IMG/VR virus record: IMGVR_UViG_3300032225_000600
Location: 1 to 61,054 of that record
Direction: 5' to 3' (one strand)
Source: a virus
Lineage: Duplodnaviria > Caudoviricetes
Length of the DNA stretch: 61,054 nucleotides
A program made the translations under genes and the position numbers. Below are positions 54,427-60,858 of the stretch, in pieces. The notes beneath the pieces are model-generated. The model was not told the DNA's origin and did no database searches. It saw nothing but the letters and a program-made list of their open reading frames with translations. Positions within the stretch are counted from its first letter, which is position 1. Each line of letters starts with the position of its first letter.

Positions 54427-54662
54427 TGTTTGTAATGGATTGGGAAAAGTCTATTCCAAAACCGCCGAAAGAACTGTTGGATCAATGTTATACAGTAAAA
54501 TCCAAAAGTTCAAAACCTCATCTTAAAAAACGTTGGGCACTAACACACTGTGACAGCTACGTCTGGATGGACGTTGAATTTGGAGGAATAGAAGGCGATA
54601 CCTATGTGTTCTATTTTGCCAAAGAAGCGGACAAAATAATGTTTGCTCTTAAGTACAATTGA
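54417..54662 (+). CDS. Small protein, F..xDATMFxL[KR]W family
   Basis: RWALTHC...FYFAKEADKIMFALKY. Confidence 0.72.
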   Translation: MEMMFVMDWEKSIPKPPKELLDQCYTVKSKSSKPHLKKRWALTHCDSYVWMDVEFGGIEGDTYVFYFAKEADKIMFALKYN

Positions 54663-54704
54663 TGCTATAATAGTAATGTAGCATAAATTAACGAAAGGCA
54701 ACAG

Positions 54705-54950
54705 ATGCTCTACGAACTAGTTCTTATTACCAATTTAGGTGTAACAACAGCATTGGCAACCTATCCTGATTTTAACTCGTGCCTTAAAGAGCGAGTACAG
54801 ATCAGCCAACAAAGCTCACAGCAGTATGCCGTAGCCTGTCTTCCTACTAACTCTCCAGAAGAGCTAGAAAAGAAAATGAATCTCGGATTTAAAGTGCTTA
54901 TCGATAATATTAACAAACTCCAAGATAAAATGGACAAAGGTAACAAATGA
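54705..54950 (+). CDS. Hypothetical protein
   Basis: 81 aa; GAAAGG SD. Confidence 0.65.
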   Translation: MLYELVLITNLGVTTALATYPDFNSCLKERVQISQQSSQQYAVACLPTNSPEELEKKMNLGFKVLIDNINKLQDKMDKGNK

Positions 54951-55348
54951 AAATCGGTTTTAGTCTAGGTCGTTGTATCCGTGATATCGCTGAGGGCAAA
55001 GTGGCCATTGACGATGTTGCATTCATTATCACAGCAACCTGTATCCGAGAGAAAGAACAGTTGGCTCCAGTTATCAACGACTATATGTTCCGCGATGACT
55101 ATCTTTATGGGCTTGAAGAAGATAAGTGTCAGGCTATCGCAGACGAGCTGTGGGAAACAAACAGACTACTGCAACCACGTCGACAGGGGCTGCATCGTCA
55201 TAAGCAGCCTGCGAATTCAGTTTGGGTAGATATGTTCCCGACAGAGCTCAGCGAGAATCAATCAGTCAAGACTGCTTGGGACAGTTACAGATTTATGATA
55301 CATATGGTAGAGAACGTTGACACAGATGCATTAGAAATTTTTAAATAG
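54947..55348 (+). CDS. Hypothetical protein
   Basis: MKIGFSLGRCIRDI...QPR; ATGA overlap. Confidence 0.75.
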   Translation: MKIGFSLGRCIRDIAEGKVAIDDVAFIITATCIREKEQLAPVINDYMFRDDYLYGLEEDKCQAIADELWETNRLLQPRRQGLHRHKQPANSVWVDMFPTELSENQSVKTAWDSYRFMIHMVENVDTDALEIFK

Positions 55349-55356
55349 GAGAGCGT

Positions 55357-55545
55357 ATGGTCAAAGAAGGATCAAAGTGGACAGGCACTAATGATAGCAG
55401 TAAGTATCACGTGATACACGTAATAGAGCTCGACGGCCATACCTGGGTACACTATATTAAAGAAAATGCCCCTGCTCACGAAACTAGAGAATACAGTTGT
55501 TATCTAGAAAGTTTTTTAGGTAGATTTAGGTCTATTCCGGAATGA
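55357..55545 (+). CDS. Hypothetical protein
   Basis: 62 aa; AGGAG SD. Confidence 0.7.
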   Translation: MVKEGSKWTGTNDSSKYHVIHVIELDGHTWVHYIKENAPAHETREYSCYLESFLGRFRSIPE

Positions 55546-55811
55546 TAACACTCAACTTTAAAATAGATTGGCCGTGGAGTGATCGTTGGCGGACACTATT
55601 CTGTAAACACGGACTGCTCTTTTCAGCAAACAAGGCCTGGGAATTCAACGGCTATGCTACACATCAAATCGTAGATTTTAGTTTTGAATTTAGACGAGGT
55701 CATATTGACCATCCCGGTGTATTGCTTATGATCGGATTATTCGGCTATGCGCTAGAGTGCCAAATCTACGACACAAGACATTGGGATAACCAATGGGGAG
55801 TATGGCGATGA
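55542..55811 (+). CDS. Hypothetical protein
   Basis: 89 aa; ATGA overlap; YDTRHWD motif. Confidence 0.7.
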   Translation: MITLNFKIDWPWSDRWRTLFCKHGLLFSANKAWEFNGYATHQIVDFSFEFRRGHIDHPGVLLMIGLFGYALECQIYDTRHWDNQWGVWR

Positions 55812-56170
55812 ATACTATTATCTTGCTTTTGGCCCTGTTTGGCATCAAGCACTTTATCTGCGATTTTGTGTTGCAGTTTCCCTATATGCTGGCACAGAAG
55901 GGCACCTACGGTGCAGAAGGTGGAATACACCACGCTGCTATCCACGGTATTTGGACTTGGTTCATTCTGTTACCATTCCTAGGGACCGCGGCTGTATTTC
56001 CTGCATTATTTGATATGGCAGCACACTATCATATCGATTGGGCCAAACAGCAGTTGAATAAAGGTCTAACAGTTGCGGATCGTATGTTTTGGGTGTGGTT
56101 CGGTGCAGATCAAGGCCTACACTATCTTACCTATATTGCTATTATTGGCTGGACTGTAACAGTACTGTAA
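55808..56170 (+). CDS. DUF3307 family membrane protein
   Basis: HFICDFVLQ, HAAIH, HYHIDW.K and DQGLH motifs. Confidence 0.85.
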   Translation: MNTIILLLALFGIKHFICDFVLQFPYMLAQKGTYGAEGGIHHAAIHGIWTWFILLPFLGTAAVFPALFDMAAHYHIDWAKQQLNKGLTVADRMFWVWFGADQGLHYLTYIAIIGWTVTVL

Positions 56171-56217
56171 ATTAACATATACTATAATAAGATAAGTAAA
56201 GTATACCAGGAGCAACA

Positions 56218-56790
56218 ATGACAGCCAAAAAAATAGAAGAATTTAATGCAGATGATCGCATTGATATTACCCTGCTGAAAAACTCGGTATTCTTCCTTAC
56301 AGGCGAAATTGAATCAGAAAATATCAGCAAGTGTATTAAATGGATCACCTACGAGAATCTCGATACTAAAGCTGAAAAGCTGCTAACACTCTATGTTAAT
56401 TCAACTGGTGGAGATTTATATCAAGCACTGGCATTGATAGATGTAATGAACACCAGTGAGTATCCAATACGTACAATTGGCATAGGTACTGTTATGAGTG
56501 CAGCATTTTTAATCGTAGCATCTGGATCTAAGGGCGAACGATATCTTTCTCAGAATACCAGCTGTATGTGTCATCAATTTGCAGGCGGTGGTGGTGATGC
56601 CAAGTATCACGATCTCAAGGCTGAAATGAAAGAGAACGATATGTTGAATGTGAGTATGACAAATGTTTTAGTAGCAGCTACCGGCAAGGCTCCGACGTAT
56701 GTTAAGAAAAGATTGCTACCACCGACTGACGTCTATATGACTGCACACGAAATGATCGAACACGGTGCTGCCGATTATATTTTAGAATGA
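56218..56790 (+). CDS. clpP: ClpP-family protease subunit
   Basis: LYVNSTGG, VMSAAFLI..SG..G.R, MCHQ and D.YMTA.E...G..D motifs (Ser/His/Asp present). Confidence 0.9.
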   Translation: MTAKKIEEFNADDRIDITLLKNSVFFLTGEIESENISKCIKWITYENLDTKAEKLLTLYVNSTGGDLYQALALIDVMNTSEYPIRTIGIGTVMSAAFLIVASGSKGERYLSQNTSCMCHQFAGGGGDAKYHDLKAEMKENDMLNVSMTNVLVAATGKAPTYVKKRLLPPTDVYMTAHEMIEHGAADYILE

Positions 56791-56797
56791 GGATGTT

Positions 56798-57040
56798 ATG
56801 GAAAACGTAGTAACACTAAAGCCAAGACAAGAACAGATTGAAGAAAAACAAAGACAAGATATGCTTGATGTGATCGATCATCTACGTGGAGAGATTGCAG
56901 AAGGTCGAGTTCGTGAGTTTGTCGCGACGTCGATGAGTGATGATGGCGAAGCACAGATACACGTCTGCACACTAGACCTTCCCGGGTCAATTGGCCTGTA
57001 TGAAATCGGAAAACATATTTTAATAACGCAACAGGCCTAA
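56798..57040 (+). CDS. Hypothetical protein
   Basis: 80 aa; GAGG SD. Confidence 0.7.
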   Translation: MENVVTLKPRQEQIEEKQRQDMLDVIDHLRGEIAEGRVREFVATSMSDDGEAQIHVCTLDLPGSIGLYEIGKHILITQQA

Positions 57041-57077
57041 TGTGGCGTAAATGCCACATTATATGGCTGTATTTAGG

Positions 57078-57106
57078 TTGACAGCTAAATAAAAGTAGCA
57101 TACAAT
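57078..57106 (+). promoter_or_regulatory. Sigma70 promoter P1 of the tRNA region
   Basis: TTGACA-17-TACAAT. Confidence 0.8.
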
Positions 57107-57162
57107 AGATACAGTTGTTTAGGAAAGGTCAAAATTTATTTTGTTAGAAATGCAAATAAAGG

Positions 57163-57191
57163 TTGACAGCTAGTCTAAATAGCTGTATAAT
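57163..57191 (+). promoter_or_regulatory. Sigma70 promoter P2 of the tRNA region
   Basis: TTGACA-17-TATAAT; shares GGTTGACAGCTA with P1. Confidence 0.85.
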
Positions 57192-57248
57192 TAACACATA
57201 GACAGCAAAGTGTTGTCTACAAGAACAAAGGTTATAAAGAGAAAGCAA

Positions 57249-57389
57249 ATGCAAAACGTATCATTACATAGAAATTGTAAATCGATAGCCCAGGTGGGAG
57301 GCTTTATGCCCTCTTATTGGCTAGCGATTAATAGTCTATCAAATGATCGTACACCAGAGATTCAAAGGGTCCGGAGGACTGTCGTGTAA
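57249..57389 (+). CDS. Putative attenuator leader peptide, 46 aa (not in ORF track)
   Basis: MQNVSLHRNCKSIAQVGGFMPSYWLAINSLSNDRTPEIQRVRRTVV; 3' end overlaps the antiterminator arm. Confidence 0.65.
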   Translation: MQNVSLHRNCKSIAQVGGFMPSYWLAINSLSNDRTPEIQRVRRTVV

Positions 57390-57416
57390 CACACAAGTTA
57401 ACACAACAAACTTCAA

Positions 57417-57454
57417 GGACCCTAGGATTAAAAACCCTGGGGTTTTTTGTTTTT
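57417..57454 (+). terminator. Attenuator-type intrinsic terminator with competing antiterminator
   Basis: GGACCCTAGG/CCTGGGGTTT plus T tract; GGACCCT can instead pair with AGGGTCC at 57366-57372. Confidence 0.8.
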
Positions 57455-57465
57455 AGGAAAGGAAA

Positions 57466-57642
57466 ATGGAACAGATAGATTATACGAAATTGAATGAACG
57501 TATTGTTGAACAGGCTTATGAAGCCGCTTTTAGTAATACTCTTACTAAAGAACAGCTTCAAAAACTTATTCAAGATAAGTTTGAACGTGCTAGAGTATAT
57601 CACGAAGCGTTAGCGAAAGCACCAACGTTTAGTGTAAACTAA
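57466..57642 (+). CDS. 58-aa helical protein (not in ORF track)
   Basis: AGGAAAGGA SD; MEQIDYTKLNERIVEQAYEAAF... Confidence 0.65.
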   Translation: MEQIDYTKLNERIVEQAYEAAFSNTLTKEQLQKLIQDKFERARVYHEALAKAPTFSVN

Positions 57643-57854
57643 AGTACAAAGTGTGATAAGAGGTAACGAGGACCTCGCTGGGCACTATAAACATCTGGCA
57701 AACGGGCGGACTAGTGGATGGCTTATCCTTGTGTGGATAAAAAAATACTAGTTATATTAAAGCATTCTATAGGGACGGCCACACCCATAGCGTGGTACTG
57801 CATAGCAGGCGTTATTAGAATGTTTTAATATACACATTGGAAACAGTGTGCTAT

Positions 57855-57941
57855 GGAGGTGTGTGCCGAGCGGCGAAGGCAGCTGACTGTAAATCAGTGA
57901 CATCAGAAACACCGTAGGTTCGATTCCTACCGCCTCCACCA
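57855..57941 (+). tRNA. tRNA-Tyr(GTA)
   Basis: Cloverleaf; loop CTGTAAA; long variable region; CCA encoded. Confidence 0.9.
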
Positions 57942-57947
57942 AATAAT

Positions 57948-58037
57948 GGAAATGTGGCAGAGTCCGGTTTATTGCAACAGTCTTGAAAACTGTCGTGTCG
58001 AAAGGCACCGTGAGTTCGAATCTCACCGTTTCCGCCA
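57948..58037 (+). tRNA. tRNA-Ser(TGA)
   Basis: Loop CTTGAAA; long variable arm; GCCA end. Confidence 0.93.
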
Positions 58038-58044
58038 AGAGTAT

Positions 58045-58118
58045 GTATCCCTAGTGTAATGGCAGCATTACAGTCTCCAAAACTGTCGGTCGGGGTTCGA
58101 GTCCCTGGGGGTACGCCA
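58045..58118 (+). tRNA. tRNA-Trp(CCA)
   Basis: Loop CTCCAAA; GCCA end. Confidence 0.92.
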
Positions 58119-58121
58119 TAT

Positions 58122-58196
58122 AGCCTATTAGCTCAGTGGTAGAGCACCGTCTTGATAAGGCGGGGGTCCTTGGATCGTTCCCAAGATAGGCTACCA
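58122..58196 (+). tRNA. tRNA-Ile(GAT)
   Basis: Loop TTGATAA; atypical T loop ATCGTTC. Confidence 0.88.
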
Positions 58197-58206
58197 ATTT
58201 TTCTGT

Positions 58207-58280
58207 TCGGGAATGGTGTAATGGTAACACAACACACTTTGACTGTGTCGTTCTAGGTTCGAGTCCTAGTTCCCGTGCCA
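58207..58280 (+). tRNA. tRNA-Gln(TTG)
   Basis: Loop CTTTGAC; 1-72 mismatch; GCCA end. Confidence 0.9.
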
Positions 58281-58287
58281 AGTTTAT

Positions 58288-58364
58288 CGGTCCGTAACTC
58301 AATGGATTAGAGTGCTAGTCTTCGAAACTAGAGGTTGGGAGTTCGAGTCTCTCCGGGCCGGCCA
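58288..58364 (+). tRNA. tRNA-Arg(TCG)
   Basis: Loop CTTCGAA; GCCA end. Confidence 0.9.
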
Positions 58365-58370
58365 ATCAAT

Positions 58371-58446
58371 GGTGTCTTTAGTGTAGTGGCCTGCACCCTG
58401 CTCTGTGAAAGCGGTAGTACCGGATCGATACCGGTAAGGCACCCCA
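58371..58446 (+). tRNA. tRNA-His(GTG)
   Basis: Loop CTGTGAA; G-1:C73; T loop ATCGATA. Confidence 0.88.
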
Positions 58447-58455
58447 ATTGTTAAT

Positions 58456-58547
58456 GCCAGCGAGACTTGGAAGTCAGAGAGGTCTTATACGCCTTTTAGC
58501 GCCAGATTAGCGTTCTTGAGAGGGTTCGATCCCCTCCGCTGGTACCA
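58456..58547 (+). tRNA. Atypical tRNA with TAT anticodon (nominally Ile) and long variable arm
   Basis: Acceptor GCCAGCG/CGCTGGT-ACCA; tiny D loop; loop CTTATAC; canonical T arm. Confidence 0.65.
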
Positions 58548-58549
58548 AT

Positions 58550-58625
58550 GCTACTTTAGCTGATGTGGTCATAGCGGTGGTTTGAAGAGCCATTGAACCA
58601 GGTTCGATCCCTGGAGGTAGCACCA
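58550..58625 (+). tRNA. tRNA-Phe(GAA)
   Basis: Loop TTGAAGA; ACCA end. Confidence 0.9.
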
Positions 58626-58636
58626 TAAATATCTTT

Positions 58637-59290
58637 ATGCGTATATGTATAGCCGGAGACAGTTGGGGTTGCGGAGAGTGGGGCAAGAATGCTCAAAAAG
58701 AATACACCGTGTTACATCGAGGTCTTGAACAGTATCTTCGAGATCGCGGACACACAGTTGACAATCTTTCTGAAGGCTCAATTTCTAATAAAGAATCAAT
58801 AGGCAGAGTGATGTCTAATGAAAAACTCTACGACTTTACATTGTGGTTCCAAACAGATCCGTTACGTGATCTAAGGCCCTACGATATTTTTAAAGAGCAG
58901 CATCTAACTCACAAGCAGCTGGTCAATCTCAGTAATGATTTGTTAAACGAAAGTTACAGTAGATTAACAAAACCTGTTCTTTGTATTGGCGGATGTAGTA
59001 AATTAAATTTAAATCTGATGTCAAATTATACAAATCTGTATCCTTTGATAGCCAGTGTGCCTGAAATGTTGATACCAAAGTTTAAACATCCTAGACTTTG
59101 GCAAAGCGATTGGGCTGCACTAGTTGATCGACAATTTGATGGAGATTCATTACGTAGACTGGCTGCTGATAAACAGTGTCAAGATAGACTGTTCGCGGAA
59201 ACAGAATTATTTTGGCCAGATGGCAGACATCCCAATCGCCAAGGTCACAAAGTTCTTTGTGATTATATCTGCGATAAACTATCGCTCTAA
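58637..59290 (+). CDS. SGNH hydrolase-like protein inserted in the tRNA array
   Basis: IAGDSW, G.SN and DGRHPN..GH motifs; TAAATA 5 nt upstream. Confidence 0.8.
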   Translation: MRICIAGDSWGCGEWGKNAQKEYTVLHRGLEQYLRDRGHTVDNLSEGSISNKESIGRVMSNEKLYDFTLWFQTDPLRDLRPYDIFKEQHLTHKQLVNLSNDLLNESYSRLTKPVLCIGGCSKLNLNLMSNYTNLYPLIASVPEMLIPKFKHPRLWQSDWAALVDRQFDGDSLRRLAADKQCQDRLFAETELFWPDGRHPNRQGHKVLCDYICDKLSL

Positions 59291-59368
59291 GCCCTGCTGG
59301 ACAAATTGGTAAAGTCACTTCTCTCAAAAGGAAGGAGCATCCCTGTTCGAATCAGGGGCAGGGTACCA
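59291..59368 (+). tRNA. tRNA-Leu(CAA), short variable region
   Basis: Loop CTCAAAA; Leu-type D loop; ACCA end. Confidence 0.82.
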
Positions 59369-59394
59369 ATGTTGTGAAAATACAACAAAAGCAC

Positions 59395-59423
59395 TTGACA
59401 AAAGCAGTTAGTGGTGCTACAAT
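59395..59423 (+). promoter_or_regulatory. Internal sigma70 promoter in the tRNA array
   Basis: TTGACA-17-TACAAT with extended TG. Confidence 0.8.
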
Positions 59424-59438
59424 AGATACTTAAACAAT

Positions 59439-59516
59439 GCAACGATGGCAGAGAGGTCCAATGCACGGGATTGCAAATCCTGAAAACCGGGGGTTCAAAT
59501 CCCTCTCGTTGCTCCA
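59439..59516 (+). tRNA. tRNA-Cys(GCA)
   Basis: Loop TTGCAAA; U73 plus CCA. Confidence 0.9.
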
Positions 59517-59549
59517 GTTCTTTAACAATTTAGTTTAGTTTGATTTTAT

Positions 59550-59624
59550 GCTCGGGTCGTCTATCGGTTAGGACACCGCCCTTTCACGGCGGGAAGAGGG
59601 GTTCGATTCCCCTTCCGAGTACCA
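59550..59624 (+). tRNA. tRNA-Glu(TTC)
   Basis: Loop CTTTCAC; ACCA end. Confidence 0.93.
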
Positions 59625-59850
59625 AATTTAATTGCATTAGGTTACCAACTCCAGTAGGTACCCTAGTAGAGAATTATTCCTAGTGACGGCTAGGCTCTAT
59701 TAGGACTACACGAAAGCGGACCCGAAAGGGCGAGACACGCTGGATCAAGTTGGCAGGTAATGTGATTGATAGACAAGTCCGTGGACGGCACGGTAGGGCA
59801 GGTTCAAAACTGTTTCTTCTATCAAACATCCTAGTGTAATTAAATTTGGT
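59621..59850 (+). ncRNA. Candidate ~230-nt multibranched structured RNA
   Basis: 21-bp closing stem and about nine internal helices; no ORF. Confidence 0.6.
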
Positions 59851-59901
59851 TTATTTTAAAAGGAGAGTCCAAATGGACAGTGACAAGAGTGAGAAGATGA
59901 T

Positions 59902-59977
59902 GGGACGTTAGCTCAGTAGGTAGAGCAGTAGACTTTTAATCTATTGGTCATTGGTTCGAATCCAATACGTCCTACCA
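59902..59977 (+). tRNA. tRNA-Lys(TTT)
   Basis: Loop CTTTTAA; ACCA end. Confidence 0.94.
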
Positions 59978-59990
59978 TATAAAAACATAC

Positions 59991-60056
59991 TGGATCTTCT
60001 AGTGGACTAAGACGCTGGCAATAGGTCGGTGAACGTGGTGTTCGAATCCCACTCTA
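59991..60056 (+). pseudogene. Degenerate tRNA-like element inside a spacer hairpin
   Basis: D-arm-like TCTT-CTAGTGGACT-AAGA; stem GCTGG/TCGGT; T-arm-like GTGGTGTTCGAATCCCAC; no CCA. Confidence 0.45.
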
Positions 60057-60070
60057 GTGTGTTTCTATAT

Positions 60071-60145
60071 GGTAATGTAGCATAATGGTCGTGCAGCACC
60101 TTCATACGGTGTCCAGTGTAGGTTCGAGTCCTACCATTACCACCA
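60071..60145 (+). tRNA. tRNA-CAT (elongator Met or Ile2)
   Basis: Loop TTCATAC; paired 1-72, so not an initiator. Confidence 0.88.
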
Positions 60146-60150
60146 AGTTT

Positions 60151-60225
60151 GGTCCTATCGATTAGGGGTTAAGTCATCGCCCTGTCACGGCGAAGTCACG
60201 GGTTCGATTCCCGTTGGGACCGCCA
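60151..60225 (+). tRNA. tRNA-Asp(GTC)
   Basis: Loop CTGTCAC; GCCA end. Confidence 0.92.
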
Positions 60226-60248
60226 GACATTTTTATAAGTAATACACT

Positions 60249-60331
60249 GCCCCGATGGTGGAATTGGTAGACACGGTGGTCTTAGAAGCCACTGCTTCGG
60301 CATCCGAGTTCGAGTCTCGGTTGGGGCACCA
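60249..60331 (+). tRNA. tRNA-Leu(TAG)
   Basis: Loop CTTAGAA; variable arm TGC-TTCG-GCA. Confidence 0.93.
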
Positions 60332-60439
60332 TATATAAATGTACTTAAATCCGTTAAAAGATCAGGTTTGGTATCCCAGTCTCTGCGTTGGCATAGCCCG
60401 CATACTTAATACACCTTAGTATGTTTATATATGATTTAT

Positions 60440-60515
60440 GGGTCGTTAGCTCAGTTGGTAGAGCGTCTGCCTTACACGCAGAATGTCGGCAGTTCGAGAC
60501 TGTCACGACCCACCA
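60440..60515 (+). tRNA. tRNA-Val(TAC)
   Basis: Loop CTTACAC; ACCA end. Confidence 0.94.
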
Positions 60516-60531
60516 TCCGAGGAGAAACTGT

Positions 60532-60672
60532 ATGTCGAGTAAAGAAACGTTAGACAAGGCATACGGTAATATGCCTAAAGAAGTAGGCTTCAATGTTGAC
60601 TGGGGATTCATTCCAAGTTGGCGAGGTGTGAAGTACTATTGGTACAAGATACTACGTAAGATAACAAGATAA
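60532..60672 (+). CDS. 46-aa hypothetical protein
   Basis: GAGGAG SD; MSSKETLDKAYGNMPKEVG... Confidence 0.65.
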   Translation: MSSKETLDKAYGNMPKEVGFNVDWGFIPSWRGVKYYWYKILRKITR

Positions 60673-60674
60673 AT

Positions 60675-60764
60675 GGAATGGTCCCATAATGGTATTGGAG
60701 CGGATTGCTAATCCGTCGATCGGCGAAAGTCGGTTTCTGGGTTCAAGTCCCAGTCATTCCGCCA
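60675..60764 (+). tRNA. tRNA-Ser(GCT)
   Basis: Loop TTGCTAA; long variable arm; GCCA end. Confidence 0.9.
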
Positions 60765-60776
60765 GTTTTAGTTTTT

Positions 60777-60852
60777 GGGGGTTTAGCTCATCTGGGAGAG
60801 CGGCAGCTTTGCAAGCTGTAGGTGATCGGTTCGAGTCCGATAACCTCCACCA
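60777..60852 (+). tRNA. tRNA-Ala(TGC)
   Basis: Loop TTTGCAA; G3:U70. Confidence 0.94.
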
Positions 60853-60858
60853 AAATAT

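Noticed and set aside
57757-58302. Minus-strand ORFs over the tRNA array (also 60354..60611 and the 5' part of 60421..60672)
   Set aside because: Translations of tRNA sequence or spacers, not proteins.
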